This document shows, piece by piece, positions 1-7,977 of a DNA stretch of 64,000 nt. The stretch is from NCBI GenBank assembly GCA_045597865.1, contig JAZLKX010000001.1:32001-96000 (forward strand), read 5' to 3'. Each line of letters starts with the position of its first letter. Position 1 is the first letter of the stretch. Source of the DNA: Bacilli bacterium (GTDB taxonomy: Bacteria > Bacillota_I > Bacilli_A > RFN20 > CAG-826). The notes beneath the pieces are model-generated. The model saw only the letters and a list, made by a program, of their open reading frames with translations, ran no database searches and had not been told where the DNA came from. The translations under genes were made by a program, and so were the position numbers.

Positions 1-2
1 CA

Positions 3-224
3 ATTAATTCTTACAATTCTAAAGTCGATTCAAAGAATAGAATCACTTTAAGAAAAGCACGTTTTGATTACTATAACGTGCAAGAATTTGAAGATGGCAA
101 GATTGTTTTGGAACCAAGAGTATTAGTTCCGCCTTTTGAAGTTTCAAAGAGAACATTAAAGATGATGGACAAATCTGTAAACAATGTTAAGAAAAACAAA
201 GTTTCAGATCCTATCAAATTTTAA
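3..224 (+). CDS. Partial (5'-truncated) AbrB/MazE-like antitoxin
   Basis: Open frame INSYNSKVDSKNRITLRKARFDYYNVQEFEDGKIVLEP...; KVDSKNRITL and DGKIVLEP resemble an AbrB fold; its TAA (222-224) overlaps the ATG of the next gene. Confidence 0.65.
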   Translation: MNSYNSKVDSKNRITLRKARFDYYNVQEFEDGKIVLEPRVLVPPFEVSKRTLKMMDKSVNNVKKNKVSDPIKF

Positions 225-592
225 TGCAATTTGAAATAAGACTTGGAGTTCCGGAAATGCTGGCATTCTGGAACGATTTATCTTCTAAAGTAGATAAAGG
301 ATTAGCAAATAAGAATGAAGTGCTTCTGCACAGTAAGCTAGTTAAAGTATTTAAGTTCTTACAAGCTAATCCAAGACATCCGTCTCTTGATTCTCATGAA
401 ATTTCACAATTAACTTCTAGATATGGAATAAAAGTATTTGAATCATATTTAGAAAACCATACTCCAGCAGCCGGTAGAATCTTCTGGGTATATGGTCCGA
501 TCAAGAACTCTATTACAGTTATTGCAATTGAACCTCACCCAAATGACAAGTCAAATGGCTACAGCAAAATAAAATTGTCATCAACAAATTAG
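224..592 (+). CDS. RelE/ParE-like toxin, probable type II TA partner
   Basis: 122 aa; NPRHPSLDSHEI...FESYLE...AGRIFW...VIAIEPHP pattern; translationally coupled to the upstream ORF. Confidence 0.6.
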   Translation: MQFEIRLGVPEMLAFWNDLSSKVDKGLANKNEVLLHSKLVKVFKFLQANPRHPSLDSHEISQLTSRYGIKVFESYLENHTPAAGRIFWVYGPIKNSITVIAIEPHPNDKSNGYSKIKLSSTN

Positions 593-595
593 AAT

Positions 596-631
596 GAAAA
601 GCTCACAAAATCATGTGGGCTTTTCATTTTT
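596..631 (+). terminator. Intrinsic terminator
   Basis: GAAAAGCTCAC-N8-GTGGGCTTTTC followed by a T-rich tract, directly after the toxin stop. Confidence 0.65.
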
Positions 632-681
632 AACGACAAATAGTGACACAATTGTAAATTAATATTGTAATAATATGACAT

Positions 682-2025
682 TTGGCGTATTATTTAGGCA
701 TGAATAAATTAGAAAAAACACGTAAAGAACTTGGTTTAAACCAAAAACAATGCGCTGATCACTTAGGCGTATCATTAAGAACATATCAAAGATATGAACT
801 TGATAATTATTTGGAAAGTGGACAAATAGATGACATTGTCGCTAAAATTAGCAATATTTGTCATAGTTTGTCATATAAACACTTTGAAAATAATGGAAAG
901 CTCAAACTTTTGATAATTGTAGGCACAAGACCAGAAATCATTCGTCTTGCAGCAGTCATAAATAAATGTAGAGAATACTTTGATACTCTTCTTGCACATA
1001 CAGGTCAAAACTATGATTACAATCTCAATGGTGTCTTTTTCAAAGACCTCAAGATAAAAGATCCAGATATATATTTAAATGCTGTTGGAAAAGACCTTGG
1101 TGAAACAATGGGCAACATCATTGCAAAATCATATGAATTAATGGTGGAGATTAAACCAGATGCAGTACTAGTACTTGGAGACACTAATTCATGTCTTTCA
1201 GTAATAGGAGCAAAACGTCTTCATATTCCAATCTTCCATATGGAAGCCGGTAATAGATGTAAAGATGAATGTCTCCCAGAAGAAACAAATAGAAGAATTG
1301 TTGATATCATCTCTGATGTTAACTTAGCGTACTCTGAACACGCTAGAAGATATTTAGCAGACTCAGGTCTTCCTAAAGAAAGAACATATGTCACTGGATC
1401 ACCAATGGCAGAAGTCCTCCATCAAAACATTAATGAGATTGAATCCAGTGACATATTGAATAAACTTTCCCTTAAAAAGGGTAAGTATATCCTTCTTTCT
1501 GCACACCGTGAGGAAAACATTGATACAGAGAAGAACTTCAATAGCTTGTTCTCTGCTATTAATAAGATGGCAGAGATATACGATATGCCAATCTTGTATT
1601 CATGCCATCCAAGATCAAGAAAAAGACTTGAAGCTACAGGATTCAAACTTGATCCAAGAGTAGTGATGCATGAACCTTTAGGTTTCCATGACTACAACAA
1701 CCTTCAAATGAATGCTTTCTGTGTTGTATCTGACTCTGGTACTTTACCAGAGGAATCAAGTTTCTATGCTTCTATTGGTAAACCAATCGCAGCAGTCTGT
1801 ATTCGTACATCTACAGAAAGACCAGAAGCATTAGATGATGCATGCTTTGTACTCGCTGGAATAGATGAAAAGAATCTACTCCAAGCAGTGGAAGTTGCAA
1901 TTAATAATAAAGCTGGTTGTCATCCAGTAGATAATTACATTGATACAAATGTATCTGATAAAGTAGTAAAACTAATCCAATCCTATGTTGGAGTAGTAAA
2001 TAAAATGGTTTGGAGAAAGGAATAA
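682..2025 (+). CDS. fnlC: XRE-HTH fused to a non-hydrolysing UDP-HexNAc 2-epimerase of the FnlC/Cap5G/WbjD type (likely start ATG 700)
   Basis: N-terminal RKELGLNQKQCADHLGVSLRTYQRYE (HTH); GTRPEIIRL, HTGQNYD, LGDTNS, HMEAGNR, SDSGTLPEE, STERPEA. Confidence 0.85.
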   Translation: MAYYLGMNKLEKTRKELGLNQKQCADHLGVSLRTYQRYELDNYLESGQIDDIVAKISNICHSLSYKHFENNGKLKLLIIVGTRPEIIRLAAVINKCREYFDTLLAHTGQNYDYNLNGVFFKDLKIKDPDIYLNAVGKDLGETMGNIIAKSYELMVEIKPDAVLVLGDTNSCLSVIGAKRLHIPIFHMEAGNRCKDECLPEETNRRIVDIISDVNLAYSEHARRYLADSGLPKERTYVTGSPMAEVLHQNINEIESSDILNKLSLKKGKYILLSAHREENIDTEKNFNSLFSAINKMAEIYDMPILYSCHPRSRKRLEATGFKLDPRVVMHEPLGFHDYNNLQMNAFCVVSDSGTLPEESSFYASIGKPIAAVCIRTSTERPEALDDACFVLAGIDEKNLLQAVEVAINNKAGCHPVDNYIDTNVSDKVVKLIQSYVGVVNKMVWRKE

Positions 2026-2044
2026 TTCTTCAAACCTTTTCTTT

Positions 2045-2103
2045 CTCTTTTGCATATTCATAAGTGAACGTATTATCTAGTGAACTTTTTTATGTAAAAG
2101 AGC
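2045..2103. repeat. Hairpin element B, copy 1 (others at 5015-5073 and 6981-7040)
   Basis: CTCTTTTGCA...TGTAAAAGAG arms enclosing AGTGAAC-GTA...TA-GTGAACT. Confidence 0.85.
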
Positions 2104-2155
2104 TGCGTTCTATCTAATTGCAAAACACTCTAAAAAAATAAAAGGCCATAATTAA

Positions 2156-2284
2156 ATATTGAAAAATACTGGAAAAACATATTGAAAAATACTGGAAAAT
2201 CCCAAAACTTTGCACTTGAAATTAATAAATAGAGTTGATAAAATATTGAAAAATACTGGAAAAACATATTGAAAAATACTGGAA
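2156..2284. repeat. Four copies of a 23-bp unit ATATTGAAAAATACTGGAAAAAC arranged as two tandem pairs
   Basis: Copies start at 2156, 2179, 2243 and 2266; the second copy of each pair is 3'-truncated. Confidence 0.9.
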
Positions 2285-2340
2285 TTATTTCTTGAATAAA
2301 ACACCGTTTTATAGTATAATATTAACAGGAGCAAGAAACT

Positions 2341-3609
2341 ATGAATTATTATGTAAGATATATTGATCAAATCATTGAACGATATAGAAAGAGCACCGGA
2401 GCAATTGTTGTAGTTGGGCCAAAATTTTGTGGAAAAACAACTTCTTGTAATAATATTGCAAAAAGTATCTATAGAATTAATACAAAAGCAATTGTCGAAA
2501 GAACTACTATTAACCCTAAAATCGCATTAGAAGGTGAAGAACCACACTTAATTGATGAATGGCAAAAAGTTCCAGATATTTGGAATTATATAAAAGAGGA
2601 TTTAGATATCGATTATAAATTCGGTAAATATCTTTTAACAGGATCATCTACACCTGCTGACAAAACTGATATTCAACACAGTGGTGCCGGGAGATTAAAA
2701 ATGGTTAAAATGCGAACTATGTCACTTTTTGAATCAAAAGAATCTCTTGGAATTGTTTCTCTACGATCTCTTTTTGAGAATAAAGAATTTTTTCCTCATC
2801 CAAATCAAGAACAAACATTAGAAAAAACAGCATTTCAAATATGTAGAGGTGGTTGGCCGCTTTCTGTTTTAAGTCAAGAAGAGTCAACTGCGCTTGATGT
2901 TACCAATTCATACTACGATGGTTTATTTCAATTTGCAGATAGCAAAAATGAGAAATTTAGAAACAAAAAAACAGATTACTTCAAAACAATTTTAAAAAGT
3001 TATGCTCGAAATGTTTCGACCTCTGCTTCAATGAATTCTATGATAAATGATGTTAGGCAAAATAATGAACGCATCTTAGATGACTCTACATTTAGAGATT
3101 ATCTTGAAGCATTAAAAGACTTATATATTATTGAAGACTTAGAAGCTTGGTGTCCAAACATAAGATCAAAAACAGCAATTTTATCCTCTCCTACAAGACA
3201 TTTTGTTGATCCATCTATTGCCTGCTCTGTTTTAGGCATCGGACCTAAAAATTTGATGAACGATTTTAATACATTTGGTTTTATGTTTGAAGATTTAGCT
3301 GTTAGGGATTTAAGGATATATAGTGAACTTCTTAATGGAACAATCAAACATTATAAGGATAACGCTGGTTTAGAATGCGATTCAGTTATTCACCTTCAGG
3401 ATGGTAAGTGGGCGGCAGTGGAAATTAAGCTTGGTGGAGAAGAATTAGTAAATTATGGTGCTAAGAAGCTTAATTTGCTTAAAAATAAATTGACCACAAA
3501 AAGTGACACTAATCCTCCGACGTTTATGGCAATCATTACAGCGTTTGGGCCTTGCTATAAAAGGGAAGATGGAATTTATGTTATCCCTTTAAATTGTTTG
3601 AAGGATTAA
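2341..3609 (+). CDS. AAA_14/DUF4143-type ATPase with a C-terminal PD-(D/E)XK-like domain
   Basis: GPKFCGKTT Walker A, LIDEWQ Walker B, LTGS, GGWP, FVDPS, ECD...AAVEIKLG. Confidence 0.85.
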   Translation: MNYYVRYIDQIIERYRKSTGAIVVVGPKFCGKTTSCNNIAKSIYRINTKAIVERTTINPKIALEGEEPHLIDEWQKVPDIWNYIKEDLDIDYKFGKYLLTGSSTPADKTDIQHSGAGRLKMVKMRTMSLFESKESLGIVSLRSLFENKEFFPHPNQEQTLEKTAFQICRGGWPLSVLSQEESTALDVTNSYYDGLFQFADSKNEKFRNKKTDYFKTILKSYARNVSTSASMNSMINDVRQNNERILDDSTFRDYLEALKDLYIIEDLEAWCPNIRSKTAILSSPTRHFVDPSIACSVLGIGPKNLMNDFNTFGFMFEDLAVRDLRIYSELLNGTIKHYKDNAGLECDSVIHLQDGKWAAVEIKLGGEELVNYGAKKLNLLKNKLTTKSDTNPPTFMAIITAFGPCYKREDGIYVIPLNCLKD

Positions 3610-3618
3610 AAAAATACT

Positions 3619-4707
3619 ATGAGTTACAAAAATAGATTTGGCTTTAAGCAATCCGTTGCATTCAAACACATTATTCGTGGATTTGAATATCTTGATAGAA
3701 TTAGAGATTTTCAAATGGATGGCAATATTGTTCATGCAAAGATATATGGTACAAATCCATATGACGTTTGTTTTGCTATTGATTTTATAAATAGAAAAGT
3801 AATGAATGCTAATTGTACTTGCCCATATATGAATGAACATAAAATGTGTAAGCATATTGCAGCGCTTATGCTCTATGTAGATTTACATATAAATGGTGGT
3901 TCAGTAAAAGAACTTTGTGTTTATCATCTCGCAAATTTTATTGTATCAAAATTAAAAGAATTAAATGGAATGCTTCCAATTGTGAAAGAAGATGATTTAA
4001 AAAAACAAATTGTTGGTAAAAACATTAATTTGCAGAGTAACGACTGTAAATACGCAACTGCATATTTTGAATTGCTTGATAAGGTAAGTGAATCTACATA
4101 TAAAGAAGCTCTTGAATTGCTATTTAAAAAACGTGTCGTGACTATCGACAAAGAAAAGACAGTATGGATAGATAAAAGGCTTTCAAAGAATTATTCTGAT
4201 TCATATCATGATTTCTACGCTAAAAATTCTTTACTTAAAGGATATGGCGACTACATTTATGATCCTTTTGAAGATGAAGAATACTATGATGAAGATCAGG
4301 AATATTATTATGCAACTGAAGTTAAAGAAAAATATAAAGGCATTAACTTGGTTTCTCATACTAGCATTTTCAAAAAGGGTAAATATAAAGAAACACTATT
4401 TTATGATTTTCAAACTGATGAGATCTTTTTTGAGGAAGATATCGATAATCATTTTTCAATTGCTCCTATCGATACATTTGATATTTCTAGTAACTTTATA
4501 GAATTCTTCATTTCAAGTGAATATCTTCCTGAAAAAAGAAAAGTGTTATTAGAAAATTATCAAAACGGAACTTTTTCCTTTGAGAATCTTGATAATACCC
4601 AAAAATCACGTTATAGAAAATTAGAAAACAATTACTTTATTGGAAAAGGAATACAATATTGCTTAGAGAATCATTATGATTTCTGCCTACATGATTATTA
4701 TTTCTAA
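3619..4707 (+). CDS. SWIM zinc-finger protein
   Basis: ANCTCPY...KMCKHIAALM (CxC...CxH); acidic C-terminal half. Confidence 0.7.
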   Translation: MSYKNRFGFKQSVAFKHIIRGFEYLDRIRDFQMDGNIVHAKIYGTNPYDVCFAIDFINRKVMNANCTCPYMNEHKMCKHIAALMLYVDLHINGGSVKELCVYHLANFIVSKLKELNGMLPIVKEDDLKKQIVGKNINLQSNDCKYATAYFELLDKVSESTYKEALELLFKKRVVTIDKEKTVWIDKRLSKNYSDSYHDFYAKNSLLKGYGDYIYDPFEDEEYYDEDQEYYYATEVKEKYKGINLVSHTSIFKKGKYKETLFYDFQTDEIFFEEDIDNHFSIAPIDTFDISSNFIEFFISSEYLPEKRKVLLENYQNGTFSFENLDNTQKSRYRKLENNYFIGKGIQYCLENHYDFCLHDYYF

Positions 4708-4716
4708 ATCAATTAG

Positions 4717-4781
4717 AGATAACACCTGATTAAGCATTGAACGTTATTATCAGTAAGTGAAATGCTAAGGTGTTTTCTTTT
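4717..4781. repeat. Hairpin element A, copy 1 (others at 6691-6755, 7842-7881 truncated, 11883-11947)
   Basis: AGATAACACCT..AGCATT-GAAC-N14-GTGA-AATGCT..AGGTGTTTTCT. Confidence 0.9.
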
Positions 4782-4785
4782 GTTG

Positions 4786-5073
4786 CAGAAAGACCAGAAG
4801 CATTAGATGATGTATGCTTCGTACTCGCTGGAATAGATGAAAAGAATCTACTCCAAGCAGTGGAAGTCGCAATTAATAATAAAGCTGGTTGTCATCCAGT
4901 AGATAATTATATTGATACTAATGTATCTGATAAAGTAGTAAAACTAATCCAATCCTATGTTGGAGTAGTAAATAAAATGGTTTGGAGAAAAGAGTAACTC
5001 CAAACCTTTTCTTTCTCTTTTGCATATTCTTAAGTGAACGTACTTAAGTAGTGAACTACATTTGCAAAAGAGC
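4786..5073 (+). repeat. Direct-repeat copy of the epimerase 3' end plus element B (copy of 1814-2103)
   Basis: 4786-4997 is colinear with 1814-2025, 7 substitutions counted by eye. Confidence 0.95.
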
Positions 5074-5074
5074 G

Positions 5075-5158
5075 GATTTTATTTGGTCCTACTACAAAGG
5101 ATTTCTTGGTAGTTGAATTTTCAAGTTCCTTTTCATTTAGAATGCCTAAAACGTGCAT
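5075..5158 (-). pseudogene. RhuM-like gene remnant
   Basis: Minus strand reads MHVLGILNEKELENSTTKKSFVVG, similar to the HIKNIY/HIQNIF...KE segment of the neighbouring RhuM-like proteins. Confidence 0.45.
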
Positions 5159-5160
5159 GC

Positions 5161-5958
5161 TTATTTAATTATCTTTAATAAATCTGATAAAGTAATGCTT
5201 TCAAGGCGAGTTGCAATCGCTAATGAATTTCCTATATCTTTAAGTGAACAACCTATGTGGTAGCCAACCCCATCTGCAAAAATAAATCGATCATGAAATG
5301 CTTTTGTCTTTTTTACATCATAAATAGCATTGCTTTCAATTGGGTTGTTTGGGTCTGTAATAATTGTAGTAGAAACATTAATTTCTTTTAAAACACCATC
5401 AAATGAATGATCAAAATAATCATCAATAATGTAAATAGATTGTTTAGCAGTTTCTAAGAACTTTTTAATTGATAAGTAGCCTTCTAATTGTTCGCCTTTA
5501 CAAAATGTTAGTTCGTGCAGTTGTTTTTCTCTAATCTCGTATATTTGATTTTGCAAGTGATTAATTTTATCTCTGCATTCAAGGCATGTTGCTTCGTTTA
5601 TTGAATAACCTTCAATAGAATATCCTTCAAGTATTTTTTCTGCCCAGTTTCTAAAAGATTTTGCTATGTCACTTTTTATAACCCAACCCAAATAAATTAA
5701 TACTTTCAAATTATAATAGGCGACTTCATACTCTTTACCATCGTTTCCAGTTGTAAACCAAAAGTTGACAACTTGATTTTTATTTAATTCTTCTGAGGCA
5801 AATAATTTATTTATATGCTTAGATATATTTTGTTTTGTTGTTTGAAAAATCGTTGCTAATTGTTGTTGGTTTAACCATACAGTTCTATTAGCTAAATGAA
5901 CATCAAGCTTAAGTTCACCAGTTTCATAAATAATAATATTTTGTTCTAAGTTGTTCAT
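5161..5958 (-). CDS. RhuM-like DNA-binding protein with a C-terminal HDRF (PLD-like) domain
   Basis: Likely start MNNLEQ at 5958 (GGAAG upstream); TVWLNQQQLATIF, YYNL; C-terminal IYIIDDY...FHDRFIFADG...HIGCSLKDIG. Confidence 0.7.
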   Translation of the reverse strand: MNNLEQNIIIYETGELKLDVHLANRTVWLNQQQLATIFQTTKQNISKHINKLFASEELNKNQVVNFWFTTGNDGKEYEVAYYNLKVLIYLGWVIKSDIAKSFRNWAEKILEGYSIEGYSINEATCLECRDKINHLQNQIYEIREKQLHELTFCKGEQLEGYLSIKKFLETAKQSIYIIDDYFDHSFDGVLKEINVSTTIITDPNNPIESNAIYDVKKTKAFHDRFIFADGVGYHIGCSLKDIGNSLAIATRLESITLSDLLKIIK

Positions 5959-6193
5959 AAAATCTTCCTTGCCCATTAATCTGAACAGCATTTTTTGCCG
6001 ATGAGATAATTTCGTTTTGTTCTTTTTCGGCATATATGTTTTTGATGTGTTTTCCAATAACACTTGGATCACGATCAAAAAGTTTGCCCATTTCTTCAAG
6101 AGTTAACCAAACAGTATCTTCCGTTGGAGAAACATTAACTGGTAATGAGAAGTCACCATCTTTAAATGTTAATATTTCAAATTTTTGTTCCAT
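5924..6193 (-). pseudogene. Truncated RhuM-like N-terminal domain
   Basis: AGGAG RBS; DTVWLTLEEMGKLFDRDPSVIGKHIKNIY, then a stop at 89 aa. Confidence 0.6.
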
Positions 6194-6354
6194 TTAATAT
6201 CTCCTTTATACTGAAAATAAATAAAATCAAATAATGCTGTGTTTGCATTTTTAACAATTATAATATGCAGTAAATGTAAAATCAACATAATTAATAATTA
6301 TTTTATTTATTTTCTGCATAATGATATGATAGTAAAGGAAGAGGGAATAATGAT

Positions 6355-6687
6355 ATGGACAAGATAGAGGAAGAAATAGCAGGTAGAATAAAAGAAATGA
6401 TGGATAAACGTAAGGTGAACCAAAGCGAACTTGCTCGTGAGCTTGGAGTTCACCAATATGACATTTCACGTATGTTAAATGGCAAACCATTTCCATCCAT
6501 TTCTCAACTAACCATGATAGCGAACTATCTAGATTGTTCTTTGTATTATCTAATTGGAATACAAGAAGAATCGTATCGTGAGCTATCACCAGAAACTAGA
6601 AAGATTGCAGATGCATATCAATCTGCTAATGAAACAATCAAAGCAGTAGTGGATCTAGTACTCACAAATAAACAAATAACTAAATAA
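6355..6687 (+). CDS. XRE-family HTH regulator (copy 1)
   Basis: VNQSELARELGVHQYDISRMLNG...PSISQL; near-identical to 11546-11878. Confidence 0.85.
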   Translation: MDKIEEEIAGRIKEMMDKRKVNQSELARELGVHQYDISRMLNGKPFPSISQLTMIANYLDCSLYYLIGIQEESYRELSPETRKIADAYQSANETIKAVVDLVLTNKQITK

Positions 6688-6690
6688 TAA

Positions 6691-6755
6691 AGATAACACC
6701 TGATTATGCATTGAACGTAATAATTTATAAGTGAAATGCTAAGGTGTTTTCTTTT
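6691..6755. repeat. Hairpin element A, copy 2
   Basis: Aligns with 4717-4781. Confidence 0.9.
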
Positions 6756-6762
6756 AATATTG

Positions 6763-7040
6763 GAAGCATTAGTTGATGCATGCTTCGCACTCGCTGGAAT
6801 AGACGAAAAGAATCTACTCCAAGCAGTGGAAGTCGCAATCAATAATAAAGCTGGTTGTCATCCAGTAGATAATTACATTGATACTAATGTATCTGATAAA
6901 ATAGTAAAACTAATCCAATCTTATGTTGGAGTAGTAAATAAAATGGTTTGGAGAAAAGAATAACTCCAAACCTTTTCCTTCTCTTTTGCATATTCTTAAG
7001 TGAACGTACTTTTAGTAGTGAACTTCATTTGCAAAAGAGC
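6763..7040 (+). repeat. Third copy of the epimerase 3' end plus element B (copy of 1825-2103)
   Basis: 6763-6963 is colinear with 1825-2025, 10 substitutions counted by eye. Confidence 0.95.
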
Positions 7041-7046
7041 ACGTTT

Positions 7047-7460
7047 TTAGCAATCGTTGTTAATTATCTCAAGCATTTGAGCAGGAGTGACTACAAAATC
7101 TCTCTCAGGAAAATGTTTGATATTTCCGGTTACTAAATAAGTGTCATCAACTAATCTTGAAGACATAACAATTTTAAAGAATTTTGCATCATCTTCATGA
7201 ATGAATTTTTCTTGTATTTCAACTGGATCCATTTCTCTTCCAAAATCTTCAATTAGTGAAAGAGTCATTTTTATTTTTGCTGGTGAAAAACCAAATTTGT
7301 TTCGAATTAGTACTTCTTCATATTCTGCTATTATTTCTTTATTAAAGACAGGTATTATTTTTTCTTCAACTACTAAATCAAGAATTTGCCAAGGTATCGA
7401 TCCTTCCTTTAATAAAGCAGACACAATAACGTTTGTGTCAATAACAGCATAATAATTCAT
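7047..7460 (-). CDS. PIN-domain toxin (VapC-like)
   Basis: AVIDTNVIVSAL, EYEEVL, DDAKF, LVTGNIKHFP. Confidence 0.9.
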   Translation of the reverse strand: MNYYAVIDTNVIVSALLKEGSIPWQILDLVVEEKIIPVFNKEIIAEYEEVLIRNKFGFSPAKIKMTLSLIEDFGREMDPVEIQEKFIHEDDAKFFKIVMSSRLVDDTYLVTGNIKHFPERDFVVTPAQMLEIINNDC

Positions 7461-7475
7461 ATGAAACTCCTTGCG

Positions 7476-7760
7476 CTATTTTTTAGCGTTTCTAGTTTCG
7501 GTGATTATCTCATTAATTTCTTCAAGAGTAATTTCGCTGTTTCCGTTTGCTTTTGAAATATCATTCATTTCTTTGATCGCTGCACGTAATTCAGCTTTCT
7601 TTTGTTCGTTTCTTAATTCAAATGGCATTCCATTAACTGCCACACTTTTTTTAAGAAACATTCTAACGGCAGTGGATAAGTCTATCCCTAGTGAGTTAAA
7701 AATTTCTGTTGCTTGATTTTTGAGATCTTCATCGATCCTAATCTGTAACATTGTCCCCAT
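7476..7760 (-). CDS. RelB/DinJ-family antitoxin
   Basis: MLQIRIDEDLKNQATEIFNSLGIDLSTAVRMFLKKSV...GMPFEL; start placed at ATG 7760 rather than 7823. Confidence 0.85.
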   Translation of the reverse strand: MGTMLQIRIDEDLKNQATEIFNSLGIDLSTAVRMFLKKSVAVNGMPFELRNEQKKAELRAAIKEMNDISKANGNSEITLEEINEIITETRNAKK

Positions 7761-7841
7761 AATATTTCCTATCCATCTTCCTTCTTGTAATAATAGTGTA
7801 ATGACAATGTCGTAATTTGTCAATACTTAAATTAATAAAAT

Positions 7842-7881
7842 GATAATACCTGATTAAGCATTGAGCGTAATAATCTATAAG
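7842..7881. repeat. Hairpin element A, copy 3 (right arm missing)
   Basis: GATAATACCTGATTAAGCATTGAGCGTAATAATCTATAAG, then diverges. Confidence 0.8.
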
Positions 7882-7977
7882 CCATTAAATATTTTTTTGG
7901 CTCTCTTGTATAACTAATTAGTCTAGAATTTGCCAGTACTCTTGTAAATTGATGTCTAAAATGTATAATAATACATT

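Noticed and set aside
2156-2284. CRISPR array
   Set aside because: Repeats are head-to-tail with only one intervening segment, are not palindromic, and there are no cas genes.
4736-4763. Core of element A read as an 11-6-11 dif/pdif (XerCD) site, e.g. ATTGAACGTAA-TAATCT-ATAAGTGAAAT in copy 4
   Set aside because: The arms resemble the XerD arm, but the related B core has a variable spacer and A sits in a longer bulged stem. Not excluded, but not supported enough to call.
4717-4781. A/B/C elements as canonical integron attC sites
   Set aside because: No proper RYYYAAC/GTTRRRY boxes with 5-bp spacers to L boxes, and no intI in the window.
4770-4997. 75-aa ORFs at 4770-4997 and 6736-6963 as genes
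   Set aside because: They are gene-end duplicates whose start codons come by chance from element A; no RBS.
5959-6099. N-terminal extension of the 312-aa ORF, or a programmed frameshift joining the two RhuM frames
   Set aside because: The extension is an out-of-frame reading of the upstream RhuM fragment; a separate start at 5958 gives a 265-aa protein matching its 266-aa paralogue in size.
1814-7040. Long direct repeats as target duplications of an IS1634-like element
   Set aside because: No transposase or terminal inverted repeats bound the cargo, and the repeat copies show allele-like synonymous divergence.
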